Assembly: GCA_002390705.1 (NCBI GenBank)
Contig: DGQA01000031.1
Span: 10,923 to 74,922 of the forward strand
Direction of reading: 5' to 3'
DNA: 64,000 bases
From: Actinobacteria bacterium UBA4426
GTDB lineage: Bacteria; Actinomycetota; Actinomycetes; S36-B12
Shown: positions 8,185-16,706 of the stretch, piece after piece
Position numbering within the stretch: the first letter of the stretch is position 1
How the letters are laid out: each line of letters begins with the position of its first letter
Notes under the pieces: model-generated
What the model saw: only the letters and a program-made list of their open reading frames with translations
What the model was told of the DNA's origin: nothing
Databases searched by the model: none
Program-made: the position numbers and the translations under genes

Positions 8185-9690
8185 TCAGCGAAGCGGCCAC
8201 TGGATGTGCTTCACCTGGAAGAACTCGCGGAAACCGTCCTCGCCCATCTCGCGGCCGAAGCCGCTGAGGCCGAAGCCGCCCCAGGGTCCCTCGGGCCTCA
8301 TGAAACCGCCGCCGTTGACGGTGACCGCTCCGGTCCGCAAGCGAAGAGCGAGCTGATGTGCCTCGGCGGGCTCGCCGAAGACGGCGGCATGCAGCCCGTA
8401 CGGAGAGTCGTGGGCGATGGCGAGCGCCACCTCGACGTCATCGTAGGGGAGCAATGTTCCGACCGGACCGAAGAGCTCCTCCTGGCAGATGAGGTCGGAG
8501 TTGTTGACGTTGCCGATGATCGCCGGGTTCATGAAGTAACCCGGAAGCCCTTCAGGGCGTCCGCCGCCGGCGACGAGTGATCCGCCGCGCTCCAGGGCTC
8601 CGTTGAGGTGACCCTCTACGAAGTCGCGTTGCTCCGCCCTGATCAGCGGTCCGAGGTCGGTGTCCTCGGCCCATGGCGAACCCACCTTCATCTCGGCCAT
8701 GAATCGGAAAGCGGCGTCGGCGTACTCGTCATACATGGCGCGCGGCACTAGGGTCCGTGTCGTGGCTCCGCAGCCCTGTCCGGAGTTCCGGGCGAACCGG
8801 TAGATGCTGTTCGCTACGACGTCGTCCACGTCTGAGCCCGGCAGGATGATCGAGGCAGACTTACCACCCAGCTCGAGGACCAGGCGCTTGGTTGTATGGG
8901 CCGCGGCCTGCATGATGTGCCGGCCGACCGCCAGTGAACCAGTGAACATCACCATGTCGACGTCGGGGTGAGAGCTGAGGGTCTCACCCACGTCGCCGTC
9001 TCCCATCACGAAGTTGACTACGCCCTGGGGGAGGTCCGCTCTCTCGACGAGCCGCATGAACGCCAAGGTCGCCAGCGGCGTCCGCGGGGAGGGCTTGAAG
9101 ACCAGGGAGCAGCCGGCAGCCAGACCGGGCCCGAGCTTCCAGGCGACCGAGTTAATCGGGAAGTTGTAGCCGGTGATCCCGGCGACCACCCCGACCGGGA
9201 TCCGCTGCAGCAGCGAGTTGCTGGCCGGTGGACCCAGGTGCGGCGGGAGGCCCTCCTGGTAACCGCCGTGGGGGCCCTTCAGAGCCATGTCGGCGGCCCA
9301 TCGCAGGTTGCCGATCGGCATCCCGACCTGCATCGCCCGGGTGAGCCCGATGGGGGTGCCGACCTCCGTCACGATGATCTCGGCCAGCTCCTCGCGGTGC
9401 CGATCCATGATATCGGCGATCTGGAGGATCACTTCCGAGCGCTCCCGGGGAGTGGCGTCCTTCCACGGCCCTAAGTCGAAAGCCCTGCGAGCAGAGGCGA
9501 CCGCGCGCTCGGCCTGGGAGGTCGTGGCGTTGGCGACGGTCCGGATCTCCTCGGTGGTGCTCGGGTTAACGATGTTCAACCGAGTGTCGGCGTCACCGTC
9601 CTCCCATGTGCCGTTGATCCAGTTGGTCGGCCCGTCGATGAGGGCCTGGGCAGCGGGGCTCAGAGTGCGGGCGAGGTCGTTCGTGGTCAT
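8185..9690 (-). CDS. NAD(P)-dependent aldehyde dehydrogenase
   Basis: Contains ALDH motifs FTGSLAVGRHI, LELGGKSA and the catalytic-Cys region NSGQGCGATTR. The likely start MTTNDLARTL (ATG at 9690-9688) lies 2 nt after the upstream SDR stop. Confidence 0.9.
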   Translation of the reverse strand: MTTNDLARTLSPAAQALIDGPTNWINGTWEDGDADTRLNIVNPSTTEEIRTVANATTSQAERAVASARRAFDLGPWKDATPRERSEVILQIADIMDRHREELAEIIVTEVGTPIGLTRAMQVGMPIGNLRWAADMALKGPHGGYQEGLPPHLGPPASNSLLQRIPVGVVAGITGYNFPINSVAWKLGPGLAAGCSLVFKPSPRTPLATLAFMRLVERADLPQGVVNFVMGDGDVGETLSSHPDVDMVMFTGSLAVGRHIMQAAAHTTKRLVLELGGKSASIILPGSDVDDVVANSIYRFARNSGQGCGATTRTLVPRAMYDEYADAAFRFMAEMKVGSPWAEDTDLGPLIRAEQRDFVEGHLNGALERGGSLVAGGGRPEGLPGYFMNPAIIGNVNNSDLICQEELFGPVGTLLPYDDVEVALAIAHDSPYGLHAAVFGEPAEAHQLALRLRTGAVTVNGGGFMRPEGPWGGFGLSGFGREMGEDGFREFFQVKHIQWPLR

Positions 9691-9692
9691 GG

Positions 9693-10463
9693 TCACCGTG
9701 CGAGGAACCCTCCGTCGACGGGCAGGGCGACGCCAGTTACCCAACTCGCGTCGTCACTGGCGAGGAAGGCCGCTGCGCTGGCGATCTCCTCGGGTGCTGC
9801 CGCTCGGCCCATCGGGACCGACGCCTTGTATGTGGCCTTGAGGTCTTCGATGTCGGCGCCGTTCTCCCGACCGAAGAACTGCGAGAGCATCGGCGTCTCG
9901 ATCATCGCAGGCAGGATCGCGTTGGAGCGGATCCCCTCAGGACCGAGCCGGACGGCGAGCGACTTCATGAACAGCACGATGCCTCCCTTGGACATCGAGT
10001 ACAACGGGCTGAACGGCGAGCCGACCACCCCGGAGACCGACGACGTGAACAGAATCGATCCCTTGCCTTCGGCTTTCTGGATCAACGGCAACGCGAACTG
10101 GGTCGCGTAGAACGCGCTGCGCTGATTGACGTTGATGAGCTTCTCGAAATCGGCCGATTCGATGTCGAGCCCGGCCGCACCTGGAATGCCGGCGTGGTTG
10201 AAGAGCACGTGTAAAACTTTGAAGTCCCGGGCCACTTGATCGATCATCGAGCGGATCTGATCGTTGTCCCCGACGTCGCAGACGATCGCGGTGGCAGCAC
10301 CGCCGGCTTCCTCGATCTCGGTGACGACAGCCTTCGCCGCGTTTTCGTCGATGTCGGAGACGACGACGTGCGCGCCCTCGCTAGCGAAGCGCACGGCGCT
10401 CGCCCTGCCCATCCCTGAGCCACCCGCTGTGATCAGCGCGACCCTGTTTTCAAGTCGTCTCAC
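9693..10463 (-). CDS. Short-chain dehydrogenase/reductase (SDR)
   Basis: GTG start at 10463-10461, preceded by RBS GAAGGAG. Cofactor motif ITAGGSGMGRA and the catalytic Y-x3-K (YSMSKGG). The ORF-track N-terminal extension of 82 aa is spurious. Confidence 0.85.
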   Translation of the reverse strand: MRRLENRVALITAGGSGMGRASAVRFASEGAHVVVSDIDENAAKAVVTEIEEAGGAATAIVCDVGDNDQIRSMIDQVARDFKVLHVLFNHAGIPGAAGLDIESADFEKLINVNQRSAFYATQFALPLIQKAEGKGSILFTSSVSGVVGSPFSPLYSMSKGGIVLFMKSLAVRLGPEGIRSNAILPAMIETPMLSQFFGRENGADIEDLKATYKASVPMGRAAAPEEIASAAAFLASDDASWVTGVALPVDGGFLAR

Positions 10464-10521
10464 ACTCTTACTCCTTCGATTCTCCGTGTCGGGCGCTCTC
10501 CCCTGGGTGTGTTCGGTGTGG

Positions 10522-10722
10522 TCAGCGGACCTTGTAGCCGCCGTCGGCCACCAAGGCGTGCCCGGTGACGTAGGAGGAGCTCTCCGAGCACAGCCATGCG
10601 ACGGCCTGGGCGATTTCGGCAGGCTTGCCGATCCGGGTGAGGACGCAACCGATCCGGTCGATGTACTCGGCGTCGGACTCGGTGCTGCCCTTACGGCGGC
10701 GAGCAGCAATCGGGGTGTCCAT
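10522..10722 (-). pseudogene. C-terminal fragment of a second SDR gene
   Basis: ...RIGKPAEIAQAVAWLCSESSSYVTGHALVADGGYKVR matches only the last 45 or so residues of an SDR. The Rossmann and catalytic parts are absent, and nothing upstream encodes them. Confidence 0.6.
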
Positions 10723-11037
10723 CACTCTCCTCTTTCCTTGGACATCCATGGAGGGGTCCCACGGTTGAACCCACTCACAAATTCAGTCTTGGCATGCCCT
10801 ATCATTATCATCAATTGTCGCCGCCAAGTCAAGCCTCCGACAAGTCATCATCGATAAGCCATTTCTCATCCCTGAGGATGCTCACCATTACCCGGGCACT
10901 CTTAAGTGGGACACGGAGAGTGTTATGCGGCTGGTTTCGTGAGTCTCGTCGGGGGTTGGTCATGGCACAAATTTCGTGGCTACAGTCACCATGTAATCGC
11001 ACGCCAAAGCAAGAGCCGGAACGAGGAGTGCCGAACT

Positions 11038-12672
11038 ATGAGGAGCTACCGGGGGCTGATCGTCCCCTTCGAGAATCCCCTTGACTGGACTCTCGCCAAG
11101 GTGCTGCGCCACCAGGCCTGCGAACGACCCAACAAGGTCTACCTCGATGCCCCCGAGGAGGGCGTCACGATGACCTACGGTGAGACGCTCGACGCGGCAG
11201 AGGCCGTCGCTCGGTCGCTCTGTGCCACCGGATCGACATACGGCGACCGCGTGATGATCCTGGCCCAGAACTCCTCGCAGCTGGTGCTCACCTGGTTTGG
11301 TACGGCAGTTGGCGGCTTCGTCGAGGTTCCGATCAACACCGCGTACGAGTTCGACTTCCTTGCCCACCAGATCCGGACCGCGCAACCGACGGTCGCCATC
11401 ATCGACGACCGATTCGCGCACCGCTTCGTCTCCATCAAGGAGGACTGCGCCGGGCTCGAGCGGTTCTGGGTCATCGACAACGGTGAGCTCGACACCGCCC
11501 TAAAGACGTTGAGAGACGCCGGCTGGGCAGCAGAGCCTTGGGACGACCTGCTCACCCGTCGGGAGGCAGAGCTGCCTGAGGTTGTGGCTCGTGACCTGGG
11601 GGCGATCTTCTTCACCTCCGGCACGACCGGGCCTTCGAAGGGTGTGGCGATGTCGCACTCGCAGTTCTACTTCGACGCGGTCGAGTGCTACAACCTGACT
11701 CGGCTCACCAGTGAAGACACCTACATGGTGACTACGCCGCTCTTCCACGGCAACGCTCAGTGGCTCGCCGCGTACCCGGCGCTGGTCGCGGGCGCCCGCT
11801 TCGTACTCCGGCGTAAGTTCAGCGCGAGCCGCTGGATCGACTGGGTGCGCGAGAGCGGAGTCACGGTCACGAACTTCCTCGGCGTGATGATGGACTTCGT
11901 GTGGAAACAACCAGTGCGCGAGGACGACGCCGACAACCAGTTGCGGTGCATCTTTGCAGCCCCGACGGCCAGCTCGATCGTGGACGGGTTCCGGCAGCGC
12001 TTCGGAGTCGAGGCGTTCGTGGAGGTCTTCGGACTCACCGAAGTTTCCATGCCGATCCTTTCGCCGTATGGCGAGGACCGGCCGGCCGGCGCCGCCGGGC
12101 TGGCCGTGAACGAGTGGTTCGACATCCAGCTGGTCGACCCCGAGACCGACAAGGAGGTGGCCATCGGCGAGGTCGGAGAGCTGGTCGTCCGGTCCAAGTA
12201 CCCATGGACACTAAGCAACGGCTACCACGGCGCCCCAGAGAAGACCCTGGAGGCGTGGAGAAACCTGTGGTTCCACACTGGAGATGCACTGCGCCGGGAC
12301 GAGGAAGGCTGGTATTACTTCGTCGACCGCTACAAGGACGCGCTCCGGCGACGCGGCGAGAACATCAGCTCGTACGAGATCGAGCAGGCAGTGCTTTCTC
12401 ACCCCAATGTCTTGGAGTGCGCCGTGATCGCGGTCCCGGCGACGATCGAGGCCGGCGAGGACGAGGTGATGGCCTGCGTGGTCACCGATGGGATGATCGA
12501 ACCGGTAAAGCTCTACGCGTTCTGCTCGACGAAGATGCCGTCGTTCGCGCTTCCCCGGTTCATCCGCGTCCTTCCCGAGCTGCCGAAGACGCCCTCGGAG
12601 AAGGTGCAGAAGTCTGAGCTGCGCGCAGCAGGAGTCACCGCCGACACCTTCGATTGGGAGGCTGCCGGGTGA
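11038..12672 (+). CDS. AMP-forming acyl-CoA synthetase/ligase (ANL superfamily)
   Basis: ATG at 11038 preceded by GAGGAG. AMP-binding signature FFTSGTTGPSKGV, and later GELVVRS...YHG...WFHTGD...GENISSYEIE. The C-terminal Lys region is LPKTPSEKVQK. Confidence 0.85.
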   Translation: MRSYRGLIVPFENPLDWTLAKVLRHQACERPNKVYLDAPEEGVTMTYGETLDAAEAVARSLCATGSTYGDRVMILAQNSSQLVLTWFGTAVGGFVEVPINTAYEFDFLAHQIRTAQPTVAIIDDRFAHRFVSIKEDCAGLERFWVIDNGELDTALKTLRDAGWAAEPWDDLLTRREAELPEVVARDLGAIFFTSGTTGPSKGVAMSHSQFYFDAVECYNLTRLTSEDTYMVTTPLFHGNAQWLAAYPALVAGARFVLRRKFSASRWIDWVRESGVTVTNFLGVMMDFVWKQPVREDDADNQLRCIFAAPTASSIVDGFRQRFGVEAFVEVFGLTEVSMPILSPYGEDRPAGAAGLAVNEWFDIQLVDPETDKEVAIGEVGELVVRSKYPWTLSNGYHGAPEKTLEAWRNLWFHTGDALRRDEEGWYYFVDRYKDALRRRGENISSYEIEQAVLSHPNVLECAVIAVPATIEAGEDEVMACVVTDGMIEPVKLYAFCSTKMPSFALPRFIRVLPELPKTPSEKVQKSELRAAGVTADTFDWEAAG

Positions 12673-12689
12673 TGGCGAGAAGCCTCGCG

Positions 12690-12734
12690 TCACCAGACGA
12701 ACGACGCCCCGGTGATCTCCGTTTTGACAGAAAT
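12690..12734 (-). pseudogene. Remnant of the thioesterase 5' end (right-hand repeat copy)
   Basis: Reads I S V K T E I T G A S F V W *, against MSVKAEITGASIMVLK... in the intact gene at 4741. The start codon position is ATT instead of ATG. Homology ends at 12702. Confidence 0.7.
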
Positions 12735-13138
12735 GTGGTCAGGGTATCAACAGGTGACTGCATTCAGTGAGTAGAAATACGACTACGACCGAGTCTGAAT
12801 AATGCGGCTTGGTCCATCGATTTCTCGAGAAACGACAATCCGGTCTGGGAATCGGTCCTTCATTTCGCTCACGTGGCTAATTACTCCGATGGTTCGACCG
12901 CCTGATTTAAGTTGATCTAGTTGGTCGAGCACTCGCTCTAAAGTTTCTGTGTCAAGAGAACCAAATCCTTCGTCAACAAAAAGAGTCTCGAGTGAAACCC
13001 CGCCAGTCTCACTTTGAACTACATCAGCTAAACCCAAAGCCAGTGATAAGGACGCATAAAAAGTTTCACCGCCTGAGAGCGAGGTCGTCGGACGAGGCTC
13101 TCCCGTTGATTCATCCATCACACTAATTCCGAGACCGG
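12702..13138. repeat. Right copy of the diverged direct repeat (thioesterase 5' remnant, intergenic spacer and the 3' end of intact sbcC)
   Basis: See the left copy at 4709-4974. It contains two 8-bp direct repeats, ccgcctga (12898-12905 and 13069-13076), that delimit the segment missing from the left copy. Confidence 0.85.
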
Positions 13139-15524
13139 TGTTCCCGCGACCGGTAGCGTCTTCATCAAGAAGAAATGACAACCGGCCGCTACTCATTTTG
13201 CGTAAGTGAATTGATGCCGATTCCAATACGTGGGCAAATCGAAGTTGCAGCGCGTAGCTCTCTAAAGTTAATTTTTTGGTATTTACGGAAGACTTTGCGG
13301 TAACAATTGCCCCCAAAGAAACTGATTCAGCCAGGTTGATGGAAAGTTTTTCCACACCTTTTTTTTCTTTCACGAATTTCTTCACCAGAGTCGATACCGA
13401 CTTGGCGGTACTTAACGCGATGGTGTGACTATCTTCGGCCTTTTTGACCACTTCCTGCGCTTGCGTGAGTTCAGCCTTCACTTTGTCGAATTTTGCAGAG
13501 AATTCGTGACTATTAATGTGCAGGACCTCAGGGGAAAGTGTCTTGGCCATCGAATCAAATTCGTGTTGCGCATCGAGCCATCCACTCAACCGAGTGTTAC
13601 TAGTTTCAAGCTTAATGAGAGTGTCCGAAGGATTTTCGTCGACACCTATCAACTTCGCTAGATCTGATTCTTTTTGTTTGACCTCAGCATCGAATTCAAA
13701 CAATTGTGTGCGCGAAATCTCAAGCTCTTGCTCTACTAGCACTCGTGCATCAGCACTAGTCTTATATTCGAGATCTAGTTGTATGAGTTTTGCTTGTAAA
13801 CGTTCGCTTTGTTCCAATAGATTCCGCTTGAGCGTTATCTCTGCTTCTAATTGGGCCAGAACTGTCGCTACGTCTTTGGGTGAACTACCTGACACTTTTC
13901 CGTTCAACGTGGCCAGCTCTATTTTTGCTTGTGATACCTCAGAATTTCGCGCCTCTACCTTCATTTTCTGATCGTTTCGCAGTGTCCTAGCGGTTTTTAA
14001 CCCATTTTCCAACGACTCTAATACACGATCGGTAATGAGTTCTATCCCCACTTCGCCGCTTGCAGGTCGCGGGTGATGAAGGGAACCACACACTGCACAA
14101 GGCTCTCCGTTTGCCAATTCACTAGCCAGTACTGCGACTCGATGCTCAAGTTGTGTGCGCTGCGCTTGAGAGAGTGCGAGTTCTGATCGGGCTACTTCGT
14201 ACTCGCACTTCTGTAGTTCCAATTGGTACTGTGTGAGTTCTTCACCCAATTGCAAATGATAGGCCTCTGCTTTTTCCAACTGAGTGAGTAGTTGGGAAAT
14301 TTTTTTCTGAATTTCTACTTGCTCTTCCAATTCACTTATCTGCATTGCAGCACCAGTTGATACTGAAATTTCTTCTTTCATTTCAATAGCTAATCGCGGG
14401 TAATCCGCAATAGAGTCGGTGAGTTTCGTGCGGTGCATTTCTTTTTCGTTTAATTCCGCGACCAACTTCTCCCGCCGAGATGTGCGCTTCGTCACCGCGA
14501 TTTGCCAATCAACCAACGGCTTTAACTGACCAATGAGCTCGTGGTTTGCGACAATTAACCCAGGAACTTTATCTAGTGAGAGTTCCCGCTCATCCGACCC
14601 TAATTTGTCTCGAGTTTCCTTGACCAGTCCCTCGAGTTGAATTAATTTCCCGAGTTTTTCCTGGATATCAATGAGATCATTAAATTGGATGTGAAGGGGC
14701 TCAGCGAATAACCTCGCTTCTTCCTTATGTGATTCAGCATTTTGTGCCGTTAGTTCAAAATGGTTATTCACTTCTTGGGTGATAGTAATTGCATCACTCG
14801 GGTGTGAATCAACGAGTTCATCAACTCGCTCATGTAAGTCGCTTGGGTCAGAGTCACTCAACATTCCTTGAATCTGGACGGCGATATCCCTGATTGCTGA
14901 GTGAGCACTCTCGATCGCGAACTCTGCTTGTTTCCCACGTTGGTCCAGCTCGCTCTGCAATTGTGCATAAAAGTTGTCTCCCAGTAAATCTCGTAATGCC
15001 TTCAGTCGATCGCTTGGATTCATGCGTAACAACGCAGCGAATTCACCTTGGGCCAAGACAACGAGTTGCCGAAACTGCTGGGCATTTAAGTGCAGTAGAT
15101 CTGTGAGGTAGCTGCCAATCTCTGTGGCGTGGGTGAGTGCAAAATCTTGCTCCCCAGTGGAATCAAATCTGATTAATGACTGGGTCGCTGCGCGTTTGGT
15201 CTCGCCAGTTCCGTCTTCTCTGACAAATAAGTATGGAATCCCACGAATAATCTTGTGCCTAATTCCATTAACCGAGAAATCGAGCACTATCTGTGAACGT
15301 TCAGGTCCTTCGCTGTAATCACTGCGTATTCGGTCTTTTGCCGACTCCTGCCCGCTTAAAGTGCTGAATAATGCGTAGGTGATCGAGTCAATGATCGTGG
15401 TCTTGCCGGTCGCGGTGGGTCCGTCAATTAGGAACAGGCCTGCAGAACTGAGCTCATCAAAATTGACCACCTGCTTGTCACGAAACGGGCCGATCCCAGT
15501 AATTTCAAGTGCATGAATCCTCAC
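12783..15524 (-). CDS. sbcC: SbcC/Rad50-family DNA double-strand-break repair ATPase
   Basis: 913 aa. N-terminal Walker A GPTATGKTT, long coiled-coil, zinc hook CAVCGSLHHP, C-terminal signature SLSGGE and Walker B LFVDEGFGSLD. GTG start forming a GTGA overlap with sbcD. Confidence 0.9.
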   Translation of the reverse strand: MRIHALEITGIGPFRDKQVVNFDELSSAGLFLIDGPTATGKTTIIDSITYALFSTLSGQESAKDRIRSDYSEGPERSQIVLDFSVNGIRHKIIRGIPYLFVREDGTGETKRAATQSLIRFDSTGEQDFALTHATEIGSYLTDLLHLNAQQFRQLVVLAQGEFAALLRMNPSDRLKALRDLLGDNFYAQLQSELDQRGKQAEFAIESAHSAIRDIAVQIQGMLSDSDPSDLHERVDELVDSHPSDAITITQEVNNHFELTAQNAESHKEEARLFAEPLHIQFNDLIDIQEKLGKLIQLEGLVKETRDKLGSDERELSLDKVPGLIVANHELIGQLKPLVDWQIAVTKRTSRREKLVAELNEKEMHRTKLTDSIADYPRLAIEMKEEISVSTGAAMQISELEEQVEIQKKISQLLTQLEKAEAYHLQLGEELTQYQLELQKCEYEVARSELALSQAQRTQLEHRVAVLASELANGEPCAVCGSLHHPRPASGEVGIELITDRVLESLENGLKTARTLRNDQKMKVEARNSEVSQAKIELATLNGKVSGSSPKDVATVLAQLEAEITLKRNLLEQSERLQAKLIQLDLEYKTSADARVLVEQELEISRTQLFEFDAEVKQKESDLAKLIGVDENPSDTLIKLETSNTRLSGWLDAQHEFDSMAKTLSPEVLHINSHEFSAKFDKVKAELTQAQEVVKKAEDSHTIALSTAKSVSTLVKKFVKEKKGVEKLSINLAESVSLGAIVTAKSSVNTKKLTLESYALQLRFAHVLESASIHLRKMSSGRLSFLLDEDATGRGNTGLGISVMDESTGEPRPTTSLSGGETFYASLSLALGLADVVQSETGGVSLETLFVDEGFGSLDTETLERVLDQLDQLKSGGRTIGVISHVSEMKDRFPDRIVVSREIDGPSRIIQTRS

Positions 15525-16684
15525 GGTGCAGCACCATTTAAATTGACGTGTTCAATCGCTTCTTGCACCAATGATCGCTGAGGATCAGAAATGTGACCAC
15601 TGGTCACGTGACCGACAAATCCAGCCGTTATGTCAATGGCGGGCGTGTTTTGCGGGTCCAAGCGCTCGTGAATTGACCGGGCACCCAATCCACCTTGTGG
15701 ATGAAACTCAATCTGCTTGAGGTGTGGGAATCTGTGTATGAGACGCTCCCAGCTCCGTTCTTGACGGACCGGGTCAATCACAATCGCGCGAACCCACGAG
15801 CCTTCGGCCCCACCAAAAATCGAGTCGGTAAGCAAGGCGTCAAGTTCTCCTGTGATGGTCACCAATGGCCCCGGAACTGGGGTCACAATGTTTTCATAGG
15901 AGATAGGCCCCGATTGCGAGATCTGAACTAATGTAACGCTTTTTTGGTGATTCTCTTCAGAATATGAATACGGTAAAGGCGAACCTGAGTACTTCACAAT
16001 TGTTGCGGAATCTTCCGGGCTTGAGATCACCTGGGCACCGTGAAGGTGTCCCATTGCGGTGTAGTCAACCCCGGTAAAAATACTCGATGGTGCATCGCCG
16101 ATTCCACCAATTTCAAGGGAACGTTCCGACTCGCTCCCACTCCCGCCCGTAATGAAGGCGTGAGAAACAACCATGCTGCGCACGTCACCCCGTAGCACTA
16201 AATCAGATCTCACCGTCGCCATTGCGGCCGTGAGCACTCCAGTATGCGTGCGCTCAGATCCCAATTCGGTAAATACAACCTCGGGTTGCAAGTACGGGAT
16301 TCCGTAGACAACCAACTCCACACCGTCGCGTCCGGTGATTTCTAACGGTGTTCCAATTTCGGAAATCGTAGAGCGAATGTGCACCCCGTTTGCGGACATG
16401 AGACCACTGCCGAACCCCAGTCGCACTGCCGAATCATGATTGCCTGGAGTAATAAACACTAGACAGACAGAACTCAGGCCAATGAGAGCACGATCGAAGA
16501 GTTGAACTGACTCAGCCGGTGGAACTGCCCGGTCGTAGATGTCTCCAGCAATGACAACCAACTCAACTTTTTGTTCGGCCACGTAGGCCACAAGCCAGTC
16601 GATAAAAGTTTCCTGGTGAGTGTGCATGCTTTCGGAGAGAAAAGTGCGCCCTAGGTGCCAGTCGGAAGTGTGTAGAATTTTCAC
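15521..16684 (-). CDS. sbcD: SbcD/Mre11-family nuclease
   Basis: GTG at 16684-16682 preceded by GGGAG. Begins VKILHTSDWHLGRTF (phosphoesterase motif I), then AGDIYDR, GNHDS and the GHLH motifs. The ORF-track extension to 16975 overlaps dnaB and is rejected. Confidence 0.85.
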   Translation of the reverse strand: MKILHTSDWHLGRTFLSESMHTHQETFIDWLVAYVAEQKVELVVIAGDIYDRAVPPAESVQLFDRALIGLSSVCLVFITPGNHDSAVRLGFGSGLMSANGVHIRSTISEIGTPLEITGRDGVELVVYGIPYLQPEVVFTELGSERTHTGVLTAAMATVRSDLVLRGDVRSMVVSHAFITGGSGSESERSLEIGGIGDAPSSIFTGVDYTAMGHLHGAQVISSPEDSATIVKYSGSPLPYSYSEENHQKSVTLVQISQSGPISYENIVTPVPGPLVTITGELDALLTDSIFGGAEGSWVRAIVIDPVRQERSWERLIHRFPHLKQIEFHPQGGLGARSIHERLDPQNTPAIDITAGFVGHVTSGHISDPQRSLVQEAIEHVNLNGAAP

Positions 16685-16706
16685 GGTGCTCCCAACAAAC
16701 CGACGA

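Larger units (their letters stand above)
4975..12701. other. GC-rich foreign block (horizontally acquired island, or a chimeric join) carrying an acyl-CoA-centred catabolic cluster
   Basis: Composition shifts abruptly. My spot counts of single 60-nt lines give about 58-72% G+C inside versus about 33-50% outside. Long spurious antisense ORFs, typical of high-GC DNA, are dense here. The boundaries coincide exactly with the ends of the flanking direct repeats. Confidence 0.8.

Noticed and set aside
5185-12693. Dozens of long ORFs on both strands inside the GC-rich block, for example 5185-5565 +, 6139-6786 +, 7915-8580 +, 8968-9474 +, 9287-9841 +, 10264-10857 +, 11901-12617 +, 11175-11624 - and 12211-12693 -.
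   Set aside because: They are Arg/Pro/Gly/Ala-rich, carry no recognisable motifs, and lie antisense or out of frame to genes with clear family signatures. This is the expected stop-codon scarcity of high-GC DNA.
4975-12701. A classical mobile element (IS, transposon, integrative element or prophage) as the vehicle of the island.
   Set aside because: I could find no transposase, integrase, recombinase or relaxase gene, no terminal inverted repeats, and no adjacent tRNA. The nearest tRNAs are about 36 kb away. The flanks are long diverged homology repeats, not short target-site duplications.
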